Notes: generated by a model not told the origin, from the letters alone. 63,622 nucleotides of DNA, filler included, from Asterionella formosa (GCA_002256025.1; 27 parts of 27 records of this genome joined end to end with filler, not necessarily neighbours in it); one strand, 5' to 3'. Shown: positions 10,110-22,340, counted from the whole stretch's first letter. A program made the numbers and translations.

Positions 10110-12641
10110 ATGACAAACAAACAACAAAGAATCCCATTGCCACAACAAAATAACAGTCGGACAGTCCTCACCGCCATGAACCTCTCCTACATGGATATGC
10201 AAATTAGCAGCGATGGAAGCGTTCTAGGAAGAGAGCAAATCAGGGAATTGAGGATGCGACAGGGCTTCTGCACAGAATGTCGAGGCGAGCCAATACGTCT
10301 CTTCAATATCAAAACAAATCGTTACAATCCACTGTGGAGCACCAAGGAACCCAGAAATGTAGAAGGTGAATGCATCAATGGCAATTGTTTTGCTTGTCAC
10401 CCAGAACTCAATCCCAAGAAAGGAAGGCACCTGCGCTCGTCCAAGAAGGAGCTAAGCCGAAAGCAAGCGGCTCCTCTTGTTCATTCGTTTCCAGATCATA
10501 GTATTGAGCACAGACGACCATCTCTGCGAGCTCAAGCAGATGGAATCCACCACTATACGAACCATCCTACCGGCGGTAGTCTTGGAAGTTCCAGACAACG
10601 TACAACGCGCTTCCATTCCAATGCCGACACCGAAATTTCAAACTTTGGAGAAGCTTCTGCATCAAAGTATGGACCTTTGGAAGGAAGCTACCACTCTCTG
10701 GTGAACTCTCTTGAAAGATATTCTACAACGCACCGAGATAGCAACGATGCCGCTCAAGACATCCATATCTCAAATTTAGGAGAGTCGACGATGGTATCCG
10801 ATTCTTCTTCTGGATTATTTGAAATTCAGAATGTTGAGAGTGATCGAAGTGATCTCGACAATTTGGAAACAATTTACACTCAATGCCGTAGAAAAAGCTT
10901 TTTGCGGAATGTGCGACCAAGTAGCTTCCGCTCAAGCGAGATCCACAATGAAGCATCAGCCTCTGAAACCACTTCTACGCCAGAAAATAACAGTTTTGAC
11001 GCGTCGGATCAAAGGCTAGAATTATCAACACCATCTACCCCAACCCCAAGTGACATTCTTGATGCTGAGGTAACATGGGCCGTTTTAGATCAGCCAGAGC
11101 AACCTCAAGTGACACGGTTGTCAGCTCCAATCAATACGGATTGTTTTCATAATTCAGGAACGCATTCCGGGCGATCTTCCGTTGTCGGAGCGTTTCATCA
11201 TCGACCGGGATCAACAAATATGGAGGCGACCTCTCGCCACACACCAAATTATGAAATTATGGTGGAAGAATTGGAATCTTTGGTAAAAGATTTATCTGCA
11301 TCAGGAAATCCTGATCTCACTTCCGACGTCGTTGTTAATGCGATGAAGGTGTATCCAATGGCAAAACCAGTTCAAGTCTTTTGTTTGAAAACGATTTGGA
11401 ACCTCTGCAAAGACGACGATGCTTATAAGGCCAGCATTATTTCAACAAGTGCACCCGATGATATCTTGTTGGCAATGATGAACCACATCGCGTGCCCTGT
11501 GGTACAAGAACGTGGTTGTGGAGCCATATGGGCATTGTCCGTCAATCAGCACAATCGCATCCTAGTTTCCAGAGCGGGAGCCCCCGCTCGGGTTGTCCGA
11601 GCTATTATGGACCACAAGAGCAATGTAGACGTCATGAGAACTGGGGTCGGGACTCTGCGTGCCTTGTCTGTTGAACCAGAAATTCAAGAGATTTTGTCGG
11701 AGTTGAACGCGAAAGAATGGGTCGCAGAAGGTATGGCGATTCATCGATCTGTCGCATGTATTCAGAGAGATGGTTGTGCATTCTTGTCCAATGTTACTGT
11801 TGATCTAGACGAACATCAGGTTTCAGTAGCGACTGAAATGGAAGTTCGCACTATTGTTGATGCTTTGAAAGCTCACCAACAGGAACCTTCGGTCATCACA
11901 GGAGCATGCTTTGCGTTGAAGAATTATACTTTCGACACGCAGAACCTTCGTATGCTTGCAAGTTTTCCTGACGCCGTCGAACTACTGGAATACGCAGCTC
12001 AACATTCTCCCGAAGCAAATAGCCGATTTGATGCACAGACTATACTTAAACGAATTCAAGAAATTGAGCTGGAAGGAAATGCACTTGATGAGCAAACATC
12101 CGCATCAATGGTTGATCTCGTGCAACAGGAAAGCGTGCCGTTCGACGCAGTGTTGAAAATCATCGATGCAATGAAAAATAATGAATCATCGGTTATGATT
12201 GCCGCTGAAGGGCTTCGATCGCTTCTTACTCTCGCACACGACTCGGATTTGCACCGAAATCGAATCAACGACGCAGCGCTCAAGCGAGTCATTACTTCCA
12301 TGAGACGCCATCAGGAGGACGCTTCGATCCAAATCAGTGGCTCTAGCCTGCTAGAGGTGATGGCTGCATACAATGAAAAATGTCGTTACTCAATCATCGA
12401 TAGTAATGCCTGCTTAGTCATTGTAAATGCTATGCGCCAACATGCTAATGATATTTCGGTCCAGGTCTCTTGTTGTGGTGCTTTTCGAGCTCTATCGATT
12501 GAGTTTGAATGTTGGTTCTTGTTGGAGCAAAGTGGCGACGCCGCAATCTTCCAAGAAACCATGGTTAGGCACCGAGAGTCCTCTATGGTTCAAAACCTCG
12601 TGTCGGAAATTCTCACAAACCTTTCGAGACACAGTGCATGA
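10110..12641 (+). CDS. 843-aa protein: N-terminal Cys-rich motif, disordered linker, C-terminal armadillo repeats
   Basis: Long intronless ORF with GFCTEC...CFACHP and ARM-like motifs such as VQERGCGAIWALS and IQRDGCAFLSN. Confidence 0.85.
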   Translation: MTNKQQRIPLPQQNNSRTVLTAMNLSYMDMQISSDGSVLGREQIRELRMRQGFCTECRGEPIRLFNIKTNRYNPLWSTKEPRNVEGECINGNCFACHPELNPKKGRHLRSSKKELSRKQAAPLVHSFPDHSIEHRRPSLRAQADGIHHYTNHPTGGSLGSSRQRTTRFHSNADTEISNFGEASASKYGPLEGSYHSLVNSLERYSTTHRDSNDAAQDIHISNLGESTMVSDSSSGLFEIQNVESDRSDLDNLETIYTQCRRKSFLRNVRPSSFRSSEIHNEASASETTSTPENNSFDASDQRLELSTPSTPTPSDILDAEVTWAVLDQPEQPQVTRLSAPINTDCFHNSGTHSGRSSVVGAFHHRPGSTNMEATSRHTPNYEIMVEELESLVKDLSASGNPDLTSDVVVNAMKVYPMAKPVQVFCLKTIWNLCKDDDAYKASIISTSAPDDILLAMMNHIACPVVQERGCGAIWALSVNQHNRILVSRAGAPARVVRAIMDHKSNVDVMRTGVGTLRALSVEPEIQEILSELNAKEWVAEGMAIHRSVACIQRDGCAFLSNVTVDLDEHQVSVATEMEVRTIVDALKAHQQEPSVITGACFALKNYTFDTQNLRMLASFPDAVELLEYAAQHSPEANSRFDAQTILKRIQEIELEGNALDEQTSASMVDLVQQESVPFDAVLKIIDAMKNNESSVMIAAEGLRSLLTLAHDSDLHRNRINDAALKRVITSMRRHQEDASIQISGSSLLEVMAAYNEKCRYSIIDSNACLVIVNAMRQHANDISVQVSCCGAFRALSIEFECWFLLEQSGDAAIFQETMVRHRESSMVQNLVSEILTNLSRHSA

Positions 12642-13873
12642 GATCTGTATGAGTTCCTAGCGGACTAAAGACTTGGACCCTTCACCTAAGCTCCACTTAT
12701 AATTTGCACCATTGTTGATCCCAAAACGATTTTATTGTAATGGGAAGTTGAGCAGCATGACTTCATGTCGACCAATCATCGCTTCATATATTACTTGCCC
12801 TATCTATCATTCCTTAGCAATATACAACCACCATTCCAACCGTCTATCTGTACATCATGCATTTCTTCTCGAGGCAATACATGATCGTTTATCAATTATT
12901 ACTCAATCTGTATCAGCTGGAGGAAACGAAATGATTTACACTTATATATACGCCGGGGTAGGAAATAAATACATGCACAAGCCTACGATATGATATCCTG
13001 TGAATTATGTGGAAGTGGGACTAAATTGCTACTTACATCACAGAACTTGCAATTACCGGTACTAACAGCCTGCTATCAGAGGGAGCCCGCCTAGAGATGA
13101 GAGTCGCAAGCAATCGTAAAATTTGCTGTCACTGTTGATGCTCTACCGGTATGTTTGTCGAGTACCTGTAAACATTTTACATTTACCGGTAATAGGCAGC
13201 TAGACTATTCGTTGGTATCGGTACCAATTTAGGATTTTCCTATATATTTGATGATTACACAACCTGTATTTCGTGCTCCAAAATCCATTACAATACTGAT
13301 ATGTAGCCAGTATTGGTGACATATTTTATGACATTTTGAGGATGAAAAATGGTTTTTTATATATAATTATAATCCCTGCTTGGCCAGCGATTGGGCATTT
13401 ATATTTACAATTTGTTCTCCGGAGTATCCGTTTATAATCAGGATACCGGTGTCGTCATGTTGTTACAATCTATATAAATATATTCCTTACGGTATAAAAA
13501 GGAATCTCCAACGAAGTTGCAAGGAGCATCGCTTGTTCTCAGCAAACAACGAACTCCGGGTGCTGATAATGGAAGAAGTGACTGTTGGTGCATCACCCCG
13601 CGTTATTTATATTTATTCAGAGCTGAAGATGAATATTTGCACATTGCTCCAGTAGCAATATCCATGATAGATCGCCGATTCACTATAATGTTGAGGAGCA
13701 ATTTTGAAAGGGGCACCATCGAATCCACCAAAGGCAGTACCGAATCCTGCATCAGTATAGACTGCCAAGCTCGCGAAACATCGATTCAAAGTAGAAATTG
13801 TCGTTTCGCCCATGGGTATTTGGCCATCAGTGAGTTAGAACACAATCCACAAACTATATTGGTGTGACAAGCA

Positions 13874-16237
13874 ATGGACAACGCAATACCATCCTTCGAA
13901 TCTTCATTGTTTAGTACCACACGAAGAGAGAACAAGCCATACCCCTTGAGCCCCACTGCCTTTCCAGATCCATTAGGGCTTTCCCTTGGTGTTCAGCAGA
14001 CGGCAGAACCTCTGGATCTTTCCAGCCACAAGCCCATGTTCCCGGACGCCAGACTAGAACAGTTCAAGAAGGGAGATTCAGTGGGACGAGAGTCATCGGC
14101 AAACACGTATTTAAGAAGAAAGCCAACGCTAGACAGCCGAGAAGACGAAACAAGTCGAGAGCTAAATATTCAATCGACAAATATGCACGAACGTAGACTT
14201 GCCGAGAAGGAAAGGTATCCTAGTAGGTACGACGACCAACGAAGAACACAACGAATCGATCCAGACTTTGATTCACGAAACCAGAGACGGGTAAAGTCAT
14301 TAGAACGTCGACAAGTAAAAAGGCCAGACCTCCATTCGAGTGGTATTGAGTATGTACGTGACCGAAGAGATCACTCGTTCGATAAAAACGACATGAGAAG
14401 ACGGGACGATCAACATCGAATCGACGACCGATGGGAGGAAGTGAGCGATGCTAGTTTTGGCCAAGAAGGCTACCGAGGAACAAGAAGAAATGAACCCGAT
14501 CATAAAGTTCTGGAGCCTAGCAGTAGATTTTCCGATGAGTACGGCCGCGAAAGTATCCAATTGAATGAAGGATTGCGCTCACCCCGACGGTATTCAGTAG
14601 CTCAGGACTTTGTTGAGCGAGGACCTCTTCATTTCTACGCAAACGAGGACGTTCCAGCTCATCACCCTTCACCACGAGTTGCATACCAAAATCATGGAGC
14701 CCGTGTTGACCGACAATTCGATGATGATTATGTGGTACGACGACAACTAACAAGACAGCTCGCTGACGACGGCGCTTACGACAGATATATCTCTCGAAGT
14801 CCTAGGCACCCTTCCACCTCCCATCGAACCAGATCTGACTTTTCTGACCAATACGACGTTGATCAAACGAGATCGATCGGATATGCTCTGGACGATAGCG
14901 ATGCTGATTTTCCTATTGTTCGTTCGCCTGTATACGAGAAGAAGGACCAACGGAGGAGCGGGCGGGGTCGATCGCCTCTTCGAGACACCATTCGACATGA
15001 TCACGGTACCAGAGTACATGATAACATGATTGTCCGCAGTTTAAGTAGAGTGTCACCAAGATTAAGATCCAAGAGTCGAGAAAGATATCTATTCTCTGGT
15101 GGCGATCAAGTTGAACAGTCACATGCAACGCGACCTTACATGAGGGAGGCAAGGTTTTCTGACGAATACGGAAACGACCGTTCACGGGGTACTCGAGAGA
15201 ACACAATAGAATCCGATCGGCGCAGTGTTGGCAGCAGTCTTAGCGACCTTGATCCAATAACACCACGACGAGAAGTGCGAAACAGGCGCGAGGACGAATG
15301 TTCAAGTGAAACTTCATCAATTCAACAACATCATCGTAGGCATCACCATGATGAAACAAGTCTAAGCGAAGAATCGGAATCAAACTACTTTGCTGGACGA
15401 GGGAGAGGAAGCGATAGGCTGTCGAGGTCGACTAGCAATTTAAGGTCTCATCGTGCAACAAGTGAAAGTGCTGACCGAAGGATCACCACACCTTCTCATT
15501 TCGTCATCGAAGTGAAAGAAGAAAGTAGACCTGAAGAACGTGGGGTTACTTTCTCGCCTTCGACGGAACTTCCTGCACCATCTCGCAGTGCCCGTAGTGA
15601 CTTATCGGAGATGTCTCAGACTTCGGCAGACCGTTCATATTTGAAGAGGCTAGCTGATGCTGCATTGATTAAAGAGGAGTCCGAAGCTAGGCATCAAATC
15701 CTTCGAGAAGTGCGTCAAGCGATGGAAATGCGAGACATATCTACTGATGCGGATGACCACTCGTTCTGGGAGAAACAAGTTGCAACATTGAATGCGTCCT
15801 TGAAGAAGTTGTGCTCTCAACATTCCTCGACTCCAATCAGGAAAATTACGGAAACTGGTACTTCCATGAATTGGAACACCCCGTCACCTTCACAGAGCAC
15901 TTACACCACTGTGAAGGTTCAAGCTCCAGAAAATCTTCCTGCCGGTCATCAGTTTACTGTGCGATTGAACGGACGGGTCTTGAAAGCGACAGTACCAAGC
16001 GGAGGTGTTCGAAAAAATGACGTTTTTTCTATTCGAATCCCTTTGGACCCAGTTGAACCAGAAAGTCCAATGCGATCACCTTCACTGTCATCAGTTAAAA
16101 TTCGAGCTCCTGCTTCCCTTCCAGAGGGTTATAGGTTCACAGCCAAGATGGGTGATCGCACAATTGTTGCAACTGTGCCTCCTGGGGGAGTGCAGAAAGG
16201 TCAAATCTTTTCAGTTCCAGTGGTCGACGAGCAATAA
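13874..16237 (+). CDS. 787-aa Arg/Ser/Asp-rich protein with a coiled coil and a duplicated C-terminal ~45-aa domain
   Basis: Long ORF with two copies of V.V.AP..LP.G..F....G...ATVP.GGV.K...FS. Confidence 0.8.
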   Translation: MDNAIPSFESSLFSTTRRENKPYPLSPTAFPDPLGLSLGVQQTAEPLDLSSHKPMFPDARLEQFKKGDSVGRESSANTYLRRKPTLDSREDETSRELNIQSTNMHERRLAEKERYPSRYDDQRRTQRIDPDFDSRNQRRVKSLERRQVKRPDLHSSGIEYVRDRRDHSFDKNDMRRRDDQHRIDDRWEEVSDASFGQEGYRGTRRNEPDHKVLEPSSRFSDEYGRESIQLNEGLRSPRRYSVAQDFVERGPLHFYANEDVPAHHPSPRVAYQNHGARVDRQFDDDYVVRRQLTRQLADDGAYDRYISRSPRHPSTSHRTRSDFSDQYDVDQTRSIGYALDDSDADFPIVRSPVYEKKDQRRSGRGRSPLRDTIRHDHGTRVHDNMIVRSLSRVSPRLRSKSRERYLFSGGDQVEQSHATRPYMREARFSDEYGNDRSRGTRENTIESDRRSVGSSLSDLDPITPRREVRNRREDECSSETSSIQQHHRRHHHDETSLSEESESNYFAGRGRGSDRLSRSTSNLRSHRATSESADRRITTPSHFVIEVKEESRPEERGVTFSPSTELPAPSRSARSDLSEMSQTSADRSYLKRLADAALIKEESEARHQILREVRQAMEMRDISTDADDHSFWEKQVATLNASLKKLCSQHSSTPIRKITETGTSMNWNTPSPSQSTYTTVKVQAPENLPAGHQFTVRLNGRVLKATVPSGGVRKNDVFSIRIPLDPVEPESPMRSPSLSSVKIRAPASLPEGYRFTAKMGDRTIVATVPPGGVQKGQIFSVPVVDEQ

Positions 16238-17272
16238 TAGTCAACCTAGTGGTATTGTTGCCCCCACCGCTTTTTGTGAAGCCCAGTATTTCGCTCACAA
16301 TAAAGCATATGTGTTAATAAATGTCACTTTTTTACTTGATATTCTGGAGTTTTCTGAATTCTTCCCCTGATACAACAGCTAAGGACAAATCCAAAAGTGA
16401 GAAAGGTTTCAACTTGGACACAATGAAATTTGGTCCAAAGGGAAAAACAAACATGACATGGCTTGATGTTTAATTGCTGCCAGGAACCCTCTGTCTCATA
16501 ACAGTTGCATCAAATTTCCGAACCCCAAGTGTATTTTTGGACAGATTTTAAAATTCATATGTAGACAACAGACCATTTTTCTACGAGAGGGTCAGCTTAC
16601 TCGGAAAAATGCGCTTTTTATTACTTATTTAGATGCGAGAATCTTGGAATCACCATTTAAAATATTAGCATCTAAATAAATTAATCGAAACCAATTTAAC
16701 ATTCTTTAATATATTGAGTACATCTACATATTGCCAAATGCTGTTTTACATTTGCCCGCCACTCTAATATTTGTGGAAAATGGAATAACACAAAATCCAC
16801 TATCATAATTACAATATCAGGAGAATAACAGTCATTCCATACACATTACGGTTACTACATTTACATTGACTGTACCACTGGATATTTCATGGCTCCAATG
16901 ATCAAAACAAGCATATCATCATCGTTTTCTTCCTTTGCATCATCGCCAGGTTGCGCAATCCACAATCAAAGTCAAGTTGCCATTGTTCTACTGTTATATC
17001 CTACTTTGTATGCATGCTTTATGTATGATGTTGCAAATATAGCAGTAACCTGGTAGGCTGTTGCATCAGGCATTGGTAATCAGCCACTGTGACCATGGTG
17101 TCTATAAATTTAAAATTATTAAGTAAATTTGCTTTATAGTATGCAATTGTTAAAGAACTCGACAATTGTAGAGGTTGTGAAGTCACACTTGGCTCCCCAG
17201 AGGGCCTTAGACCTGCTTGTTGCTTGTCTGCCTCACCACCTGGAACCCAAGGGACTACATAAACAAAGCAGG

Positions 17273-17341
17273 TGGAGAATGCGGTGGGAATTGAACCTGC
17301 CACCTTGGAAGGTGAGCTAACCAACTGACAAGCTATTCCCC
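17273..17341 (-). ncRNA. tRNA-Ala-like module, copy 1 (dispersed repeat, not a canonical tRNA)
   Basis: Reverse complement reads GGGGAAT AGCT..TGGTT AGCT CACC TTCCAA GGTG GCAGG TTCAATT ..GC ATTCTCCA. It aligns with 56516-56577, including about 35 nt of 3' tail. Confidence 0.6.
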
Positions 17342-18217
17342 TGTGACCATGATGTATATACATATAGATATAATGTTACATATGTTCATAGTATTGGCAG
17401 GGCTATCATGGGGTGGCGGTTGTGTCTGTTCATGTAGCTAGTATATACTTAATAGGCATAAGGGTCATTGAGAAAATCTATTTGTATTTGCAAGTTCTAG
17501 TCGTTGTCAGTAGTTAGCAAATACTAGTCCTAGTCTGCAAATTCTAGTTGTTGTCAGCAAATTGTAAATGTAGAAAGATGATTCCTATTTGTATTCCTAA
17601 GCTAGAAGACAGTTTGCTGAAGTGGTTCATTAGTCAGCAAGAAATCCAAGCCATGTTCAGAGACTGATTCTGCAAATTTTCATCAGTCAATTAGAGTTAC
17701 GTATTTTCCTGAATTGTTGAGGAATATTAATTCCATCAAAAGCTGCCCTATCTCGTCTGGCAGGCAAAGGGACAAATCATTGGGAATGAGTCGAAACTGA
17801 AAAGGTGCGCATAAACGTGTGCTACAAGTACTGGGTCTCCCTCGCTTCGGCCGTCGTCCATGGAAAAACTGGGGGCTGGGCTTCTTTGCTATACTGGAAT
17901 ACAGTAAGTACGGTACAATTATTTTTTATTATACCGGTAGCTGGGTACCAACACCCTACCGTAATACCGGTAGGGAGGATGCAGACAGGAACCAGTCGTA
18001 CATTTGTACGATGACAAGCGAGAAAGCAACCCCACATAAAAAGGAGTAAAGCCGGGTCCGCTGTTGCTGCTGTGGTTCCATTCCGGCCTGGCCTGGCCTC
18101 GTTCTATTTAATTATCTATACGATACCAAGTATACTCCCAATCAACATTATCGCCATCATCATATACCGGGTATTCTGAGAGAGGACTCATCTCTCGCAA
18201 CTTGTTGAAGCGTAACA

Positions 18218-19013
18218 ATGAGCACAAGCGCAAGACGCCGCCTTCTCCGTGATTTCAAAAGGTTCGTGCGGTTGTTTGCTTGACAGACGAGATTGTGTTT
18301 GCCTGGGAGAGAGGGCCACGGAAGGAAGGACTGAAATGGGAATAATTCAGAGGAAAAGCCTTTCTGGCGTAGCGTTCACGTACCACTCAGTACTCGTGAC
18401 GTTTGGATGGAAAATGTTCCGACCGTTGATGCCATGGAGTGTTTCCGATCACGTTCATGAAGCTTCAGACGAGATCTGCAAGCGCTGACTTGGCGTTCTT
18501 GGAGATCTCGGTCCAGTTCGCCTTGTTATCTTTCATTCCCGTTATCCTCTCGCTGTCTGTACTCACATGTCCTTGGGTTCGCTCTGCAATTCCAGGCTCC
18601 AGAATGACCCGCCATCAGGTGTAACAGGTGCTCCCATGGATACGAACATTATGTTATGGCAGGCAGTCATCTTTGGGCCCGATGACACCCCCTGGGAAGG
18701 GGGCACCTTCAAGCTTGTCTTGGAGTTTACGGAGGATTATCCCAACAAGGCGCCTCAGGTTCGCTTCTTGACGAAGATGTTTCACCCGAACATTTACAAC
18801 GATGGTCAAATCTGCTTGGACATTTTGCAAAATCAGTGGTCTCCGATCTATGACATTTCAGCCATTTTGACCTCGATCCAATCCTTGTTGTGTGACCCAA
18901 ACCCTGCATCACCTGCAAATTCGGAGGCGAGTCGACTTTACAACGAGAATCGACGCGAATACAATCGCCGCGTGAGAGAGATTGTAGAACAAAGCTGGAT
19001 TGACGAGTCATGA
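18218..19013 (+). CDS. UBC2: Ubiquitin-conjugating enzyme E2, RAD6/UBC2 (exons 18218-18261, 18596-19013)
   Basis: [24 protein letters not shown]...[21 protein letters not shown]. The GT-AG intron restores the frame. Confidence 0.95.
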
Positions 19014-19308
19014 GAAGGGTCTAACGTGGAGGGCGAAGCAAACAATCCGAATGTGGTTCCAGCCTTTTTTCTTTGAACAAGGGCAAGGGGCGATGTAGAT
19101 CACTTTACTCACATGCTGGAAGTTGTAAATGATTGTTGCATGATTCTCAAATAAAAAGGTCTCATCATTGCCCTAAGATAACATGTGTTGCTTACATAGT
19201 TACTATCATGAATCATTGCGCCTGATTTTCGAACCATCCTGCGCACATTCCCGATTGATATTGTGTCCTTGTCGTTGACTAAGGTGGGGCGGCTGATTCA
19301 CATCCCCT

Positions 19309-19974
19309 TTAGGGTAGTTTCGACTTTGCAAAATCTATGAAGGAATCAATGAGTGCATGTAGCTTCAAATCTTCCGCTGACAGCTCCTCATCGCCTTTGT
19401 ATCTCGATAAAAACAGAAGAATCCCAATCTTCTTTGTACCCAACGCAGCTCCAAGCTCTACTGAAGCATTTCCAGGAAGCAATAGGATGGGAGTATTCGT
19501 TTCTCTTGCAAGTAAAGGAATATGAGATAGAATGCTGGGTGGATATAGGTCTCGCCCTACTATTAGGAGCGTTGGAATTGTTGCAGTCAAAGTCGTTTCC
19601 AGAGCCCGGGTGCATTGATTGACACCAAATACCATTCGAGATCGGAGCAACGTGATCTTTGGGTCCTGAATTTTCACCAATCTTGCTTGTATCTTGATCT
19701 TTTTGGATTCTTGACATTTGCCTTGCTGTAGTTTTTCCCCAGTCTTGGAGAAAATATGCTGCTTCTTATTCCTAGGAATAGAAAGTACTAGGCCAAATCG
19801 ATCAACAATTTCCTTGCGGAGGCGCTCCAGGACAATTTCCTTCGCAACGATTGACGCTAGTGGAGTAGAAATAGGTCCGTATGGTGAAGCCACCAAGGAT
19901 AGAGATTCATTGTCTGTGAGAGTGAGAGGATGTTCTTTCCGTTGTCGTTTCGTTGGTCTTGTCGACGATTTCAT
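19309..19974 (-). CDS. L7Ae-family protein, RNase P/MRP subunit POP3/RPP38-like
   Basis: VFGVNQCTRALE...ILSHIPLLA...PILLLP..ASVELGAALGTK is an L7Ae-type motif. Confidence 0.65.
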   Translation of the reverse strand: MKSSTRPTKRQRKEHPLTLTDNESLSLVASPYGPISTPLASIVAKEIVLERLRKEIVDRFGLVLSIPRNKKQHIFSKTGEKLQQGKCQESKKIKIQARLVKIQDPKITLLRSRMVFGVNQCTRALETTLTATIPTLLIVGRDLYPPSILSHIPLLARETNTPILLLPGNASVELGAALGTKKIGILLFLSRYKGDEELSAEDLKLHALIDSFIDFAKSKLP

Positions 19975-20600
19975 TGTTGTGTCTTGGGAGTTGTTGTTGT
20001 AGTGATAGTATCAAACAAGAACATGGTCAATGGCACCGGTAGCCGAAGTTACCAGGAGGGAGTACCGATCTCATTGCTGGAGTTATTTACTGTTGGCGCT
20101 AAATAATTATTGGAGGTACCAGGTAGTTATGATACAATGCTATTTAGCTATGAATATACAAGACAGCGTACTGTATCATACATACGTACTGGAGAAGACG
20201 GCTCTGCCGTCGTCCTGATTGTTTGGTGCTGTCTTAAAAATAGGTCTATATATGTACCGGCACATGTTCTTACTTTCCAGGCGCGCAAGAAAAATCCTTT
20301 CCTTTCCTAGAGATACTGACTGGTACACTGTACCTGGTACCGTATTCCGAGTGAGGAGTGAGTATACCCGGTATTCTAGCTGGTAGGAGTACCGGTACTC
20401 AGGCTAGGATGAAATACCGGTACTATTATGGCAATGATTTTGCTCGGGTTGTTTGTAGACAACGACATACTACTACTGGTAAGAGGATTACCATCATGCA
20501 GTACATTTATCAATCAATAAAATCGTTGCCATTCCCCTCCCCTCCCCACTCACATCATTGACCTTTATGTTGTTTCTGTTGATCGATACTGTTTTGAAAA

Positions 20601-21622
20601 ATGATTCAATTTATTGTCAAGTTTTTGGTTTGGATGGTATTCGTATCAATGACCTCTTCCGAAATCCAACTAGGGGGTGGAGCGATCGAGCTCACGTCGC
20701 GGACATTTGACAAGTCGGTTCGCGATGGAAGTGTTTGGATCATTGAATTGTACGGTAAGGCAGAGACTGTGAGATGCAAATGGGTGGGTATACATTATTT
20801 AGACAAATGTGATGACTCATTCTAGACTATTATATTTACATATGTAAATACCGGTATACCGGTACTGTTATTTGATTGGACGCAATTGGTTCACATCAGC
20901 ACCATGGTGCATCCACTGTAAAACAATCGCTCCAAGTTATGAGGTACGTCATGTGATGGTGTTATTGATTGGCGGTGTAACAATGTCGAGGGACCAGGGT
21001 TCGGAAGTTTCCAAGGTTAGATTTGGCTGACTAATGTTCGGAAACTAACCTATCTGCTGAACTTCGAAACTATCTACACACAGAACTTTGCTCGATTACT
21101 TCATGCAGAAAACAAAAAGGGATTGAAGCAAATTAAAGTTGCCAAGGTCGATGCTGATTCAGAACGAGCCATTGTTTCGAGGTTCAATATAGCCGGCTTC
21201 CCTTCGTTCTACTTGATCGATGGTTGGAAAGTGTACGAATACAACGAGGATCTAAGTGCGGCCAGTATGATGTCCTTTGCCAAGGGTGGATACAAACAAC
21301 AAGAGGTGAGTGCATGTTGTGGAGCACTGTTCCTTTGTTTTCTAAAAGCCTTCTCCCCGTTGGCTAGTGCTAACCATCGTGTGCGTCTATCGGGAAGGCC
21401 CTTCCATTTTACTCGTCACCCATGGGACCTCTTGGACAGATTCAAAGTATGTTGTTGGTTATCGCGATTCAAATATTGACAACCTTTGAGTGGATGCAAG
21501 AATACTTTGGCCTTTCACCAATCGTGGCTGGTCTTGTTATGGCATCAACTGTCCTCTTTTCTGGAGGAGCTTGCATGATACTGTTAGTGTTCATGTGGGT
21601 ATCAAAGCAAAAGTTGGACTAG
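20601..21622 (+). CDS. Membrane thioredoxin/PDI-family protein, TMX-like (exons 20601-20754, 20900-20943, 21084-21305, 21398-21622)
   Basis: Signal peptide; spliced YAPWCIHCK active site; VAKVD and GFPSFYL motifs; C-terminal TM helix and KQKLD* (KxKxx) ER-retrieval motif. Confidence 0.85.
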
Positions 21623-21737
21623 TTTGGGGATGTACTCGTTCTAAAAATACATTGCAATATGACTGGAGCTACCGGTAGTCTACAGTTTGGGAATATACTA
21701 AATGTAGGTATGTGATGCGAACTTGTGTATACATCTT

Positions 21738-22340
21738 TTATTCCATCGTCCCAAAGAAGTGGTCTTCGCCTTGCCATCCAGTTCCTCTGTATACAATATC
21801 AGGCTTGAAAGGTATGCGCAAGCCGTGTGCTCGACTAGGGTTGTCCAAAATAAATTTGGTGTATTCCTCAAGCGTCTGTAGCTTGAGAACCATTCGTACC
21901 ATCTCCCTAGTGTCGTTATAGGACCGCATCAAACCAAGGAAATCATCCCAAGAGACCCAGTCCTCTTTGTACATTTCATCAGGATGATTTGGTAGATACG
22001 GCCCATGGTATTTCTTACCATCTGCTACATATTCGTCCCAATCTTCCTTGCAGGTAAAGCCCATATCCATGACAGCTCGTCTGGCTTTCTCGTAGGGGAT
22101 CAAGTGCCTGTATTTATTAGTCCAGACCAAGGAGCGATTGCGATACGCCTCTTGATACTCATCCTCATCTTCCAATTCGTCGTGGTCATTGTTGTCAAGG
22201 TGTGTCAAGACGAACTGATGGTGCCGACCAAAATGGAAAATGATAGACGACGTCGACCTCGCTGACAGGGGAACAAAACGGTTGTGCAAGGTATCGGTCG
22301 CAAGGAACAAATGAGCAAGGATGAATAATGAATGCATCAA
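21738..22340 (-). CDS. Protein with integrase-repeat-like (INT_rpt-like) units and a hydrophobic N-terminus
   Basis: YEKARRAVMDMGFTCKEDWDEY...YLPNHPDEMYKEDWVSWDDFLG plus a second degenerate unit (YNDTREMV...IPFKPDIVYRGTGWQGEDHFFG). Confidence 0.7.
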   Translation of the reverse strand: MMHSLFILAHLFLATDTLHNRFVPLSARSTSSIIFHFGRHHQFVLTHLDNNDHDELEDEDEYQEAYRNRSLVWTNKYRHLIPYEKARRAVMDMGFTCKEDWDEYVADGKKYHGPYLPNHPDEMYKEDWVSWDDFLGLMRSYNDTREMVRMVLKLQTLEEYTKFILDNPSRAHGLRIPFKPDIVYRGTGWQGEDHFFGTME

